DNA of 62,741 nucleotides, counting the filler. It is 5 parts of 5 records of this genome, joined end to end, with 100 filler letters (N's around TTAATTAATTAA, not from the genome) between each part and the next. Parts side by side here need not be neighbours in the genome. Positions count along the whole stretch, not along the records: positions 56,345 to 62,741 come from DRR723986_4322; 4 more parts are not named here. One strand, 5' to 3'. The notes beneath the pieces were generated by a model. It made no database searches. It saw only the letters and a program-made list of their open reading frames with translations, and was not told the DNA's origin. This document shows positions 60,662-62,741 of this stretch, in pieces; position 1 is the first letter of the stretch, and each line of letters opens with the position of its first letter. The position numbers and the translations under genes were made by a program.

Positions 60662-61261
60662 TTAAATAGCGAAAAACTCTTGCAGGGCTAATAGCTCGGC
60701 CCGATCAATTTCATGGCCGCCCGGGTGCCACTGCATGCGCACACCAGCGCCTTGGCTTTCGTAATACTGGCGCAAGGCCTCGGTTTGCGGGGCCGGGCAA
60801 ATAGGGTCGCGCTGGCCGGCGGTGATTAACACGCGCACAGCGGCCAGGCCTGGGTGGGCCTGTGGTGCCCAGGGTATCAGCGGGTGCAGCAAGGCGATGT
60901 GGTTCACCAGATCGGGCCTGACAAAGCTAAGCGCTGCCAAAATATTTGCGCCATTGGAATAGCCCAGCGCAAAAACCTGCGATGCGCCGGTTTCTTGGCG
61001 CTTTTGGCTGATGAAGGCGGCCATATCTTCCACCCGCTGCGCCAAATCCGCCATGTCGTAAATGCCCTCGCCCGTGCGGCGAAAAAACCGCGCCATGCCG
61101 CCCTCGCTGACGGGGCCGCGGGGCGAGACGATATGCGCCCCGGGCATCAATTGCTGGCCCAGGCTGTGAAATTGAAATTCGTCGCCGCCCGTGCCGTGAA
61201 ACGTCAGCAGCAGGGGGGCGCCGGGCTGGCCCTGGGTATGGTTGGCGATCAGCTTAGTCAT
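60662..61261 (-). CDS. Alpha/beta hydrolase (MhqD/YodD-like carboxylesterase)
   Basis: FHGTGGDE, RFFRR..EG.YD..DL, GYSNGAN nucleophile motif, DPI, GGHEI. Confidence 0.88.
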   Translation of the reverse strand: MTKLIANHTQGQPGAPLLLTFHGTGGDEFQFHSLGQQLMPGAHIVSPRGPVSEGGMARFFRRTGEGIYDMADLAQRVEDMAAFISQKRQETGASQVFALGYSNGANILAALSFVRPDLVNHIALLHPLIPWAPQAHPGLAAVRVLITAGQRDPICPAPQTEALRQYYESQGAGVRMQWHPGGHEIDRAELLALQEFFAI

Positions 61262-62186
61262 GGATCGGCTCGAGGTATTTCGCCTCTAGCACGTCGCGCA
61301 AATGCGCGTGCTGCTGGGGCAAACGCAGCTCTTGGCCCAGGCGGGCCAGTGGTTCATCGCGATCAAAGCCAGGCTCGTTCGTGGCGATCTCGAACAGCAC
61401 ACCACCGGGCGTGCGGAAATAAATGGCCCAGAAATAATCGCGGTCGATCACCGGTGTCACCTGCCAGCCGGTATCCAGCAGTGATTGGCGCACCGCGGCC
61501 TGGGCGGCGCGGTCTTCCACCGCAAAGGCCAGATGGTGGACCGAGCCCGCCCCCTGATGCGCGGGCGCTGCGCCGGGCAGGGTTTCAATATCGATCGTAT
61601 CTGCCCCGTTGCCGCCAGGGCGCATATAGCGGCTGATATCGCCCATGGTTTCGGTTTTTTCATAGCCCATAAAGCGCAGCAATTCGGCGGTGGCGCCTTG
61701 GTCTTTCAATCGCAGATCGGTGGAATGAAACCCACGAATGGCCTGTTCGGCGCCCACGCCATTGCCTGTCCAGGGGGCGCGGGTGTCTTCGGCCTCGATC
61801 AGGGCAAAGCCATCGCCATCGGGCCCCTGAAAGCGCAAGCGCTGCGCGCCCATCCGGGCCTCTTCTGCCAGCCCTTTGACCCCAAAGGTTTGCAGCCTGT
61901 CGGCCCACCAGCCCAAGCTGCCTTTGGGCACGGCAAACCCCGTTACGCTGACTTCGCCTGCACCAGGGCGGCCCCGGCGCGCGTTTGGAAAGGGAAAATA
62001 GGTCATCACCGTGCCGGGCGTGCCCATCTCGTCGCCGTAATACAGGTGGTAAACCTCGGGTGCATCAAAATTGACGGTTTTTTTCACCCGGCGCAAACCC
62101 AGCACCTTTGTGAAAAAGTCGTTATTTTCCTGCGCCCCCGATGCAATCGAGGTGACGTGATGTAAGCCTTGGATCTGGGTTAGCAT
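61254..62186 (-). CDS. VOC/glyoxalase ring-cleaving dioxygenase (MhqO/MhqA-like)
   Basis: GLHHVT, VKKTVNFD.P..YHLYYGD..GTPG, VHHLAF, DRDYF.AIYFR.PGGVLFEIAT..PGF. Confidence 0.9.
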   Translation of the reverse strand: MLTQIQGLHHVTSIASGAQENNDFFTKVLGLRRVKKTVNFDAPEVYHLYYGDEMGTPGTVMTYFPFPNARRGRPGAGEVSVTGFAVPKGSLGWWADRLQTFGVKGLAEEARMGAQRLRFQGPDGDGFALIEAEDTRAPWTGNGVGAEQAIRGFHSTDLRLKDQGATAELLRFMGYEKTETMGDISRYMRPGGNGADTIDIETLPGAAPAHQGAGSVHHLAFAVEDRAAQAAVRQSLLDTGWQVTPVIDRDYFWAIYFRTPGGVLFEIATNEPGFDRDEPLARLGQELRLPQQHAHLRDVLEAKYLEPIHD

Positions 62187-62280
62187 AGGTGGCCCCGCTA
62201 TTTGCTGTTTGACGCAGAATATGGGGCAGGGGGCCGGCGGGGAAAGGGCCGCAGGGGCGCGGCCCATGTGCATAAATGCA

Positions 62281-62315
62281 CAAAAGCCCCAAGCTAGGCT
62301 GGGGCTTTTGCAAAA
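62281..62315 (-). terminator. Rho-independent terminator downstream of phbB
   Basis: CAAAAGCCCC-AAGCTAGGCT-GGGGCTTTTG perfect 10-bp stem with T-tracts in both directions. Confidence 0.75.
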
Positions 62316-62335
62316 AGATATTTTTTATCAGTCGC

Positions 62336-62741
62336 TTACACGAAAAACTGTGCGCCGTTGGCCGAAATGGTTGACCCGTTGATAAAGCTGGCATCATCCG
62401 AGGCCAGGAAGGTGACGCAGCGGGCAATTTCCTCGGGCTCGCCCAAACGGCCCGTGGGAATTTGGGCAACGATCGAGTCGCGCACCTTTTCAGGAACCGC
62501 CATCACCATTTCTGTGGCGATGTAGCCCGGGCAGATGGCGTTGGCGGTGATGCCTGCGCGCGCGCCCTCTTGTGCCAGGCTTTTTACAATGCCCAGATCG
62601 CCGGCCTTGGTGGCGGCATAGTTCACCTGTGCAAACTGCCCCTTTTGCCCGTTGATCGATGAAATCACGATCACCCGGCCAAATTTACGCTCGCGCATGC
62701 CGGGCCAGATGGGGTGCACGGTGTTGAACACGCCGGTCAGG
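62336..62741 (-). CDS. phbB: Acetoacetyl-CoA reductase, 5'-truncated
   Basis: SSINGQKGQFAQVNYAATKAG, PGYIATEMVMAVP, IPTGRLG.PEEIA, SANGAQF. Confidence 0.92.
   Translation of the reverse strand, partial: LTGVFNTVHPIWPGMRERKFGRVIVISSINGQKGQFAQVNYAATKAGDLGIVKSLAQEGARAGITANAICPGYIATEMVMAVPEKVRDSIVAQIPTGRLGEPEEIARCVTFLASDDASFINGSTISANGAQFFV

Noticed and set aside
1-62741. rRNA, tRNA, CRISPR arrays, prophage, intact IS elements or defence systems
   Set aside because: None recognised by eye; intergenic gaps are short and lack spaced repeats or cloverleaf motifs. A covariance-model scan is needed to exclude small ncRNAs

Overview
This window is not one locus. It is five contigs joined by 100-nt artificial linkers (N-run + TTAATTAATTAA + N-run) at 22147-22246, 31137-31236, 39825-39924 and 56245-56344, and genes are cut at most contig edges. 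Contigs 1 (1-22146) and 4 (39925-56244) are alphaproteobacterial housekeeping regions, Hyphomonas/Caulobacterales-like by my impression. Contig 1 carries ecm/meaA, a rimB-rimK fusion, maeB, mutS, gshB, rsfS, rlmH, mutM, ubiE, ubiB and coaBC. Contig 4 carries trpS, murJ, glnD, lrp-megL, truA, fmt, def, rmuC, ybaB and dnaX. Contigs 3 (31237-39824) and 5 (56345-62741) look Rhodobacteraceae-like, with visibly different codon usage. Contig 3 carries argG, a sulfotransferase-like/aminotransferase IV pair, msrA, a three-component signalling module and icd. Contig 5 carries dnaE, slyX, an mhq-like dioxygenase/hydrolase pair and phbB. Contig 2 (22247-31136) is the accessory-looking and most interesting part. 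It holds an intact ABC importer, a Gfo/Idh/MocA dehydrogenase, a lactonase-like amidohydrolase, an RhmD-like dehydratase with an unusual Asn at the third metal-ligand position, and an LRA5-like SDR. Together these suggest a candidate non-phosphorylative pathway for an unidentified sugar. The cluster sits among three decayed genes (xylose isomerase, an internally deleted LacI, a resolvase fragment) and four copies of a 16-bp palindromic operator-like motif. Other notable signals are a duplicated gene 3' end bracketing an orphan ferric-reductase-like gene, an out-of-frame start on a GFA gene, and an alphaproteobacterial LexA box upstream of rmuC. I saw no rRNA, tRNA, CRISPR array or intact mobile element. 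All calls come from motif recognition by eye; no database searches were run.
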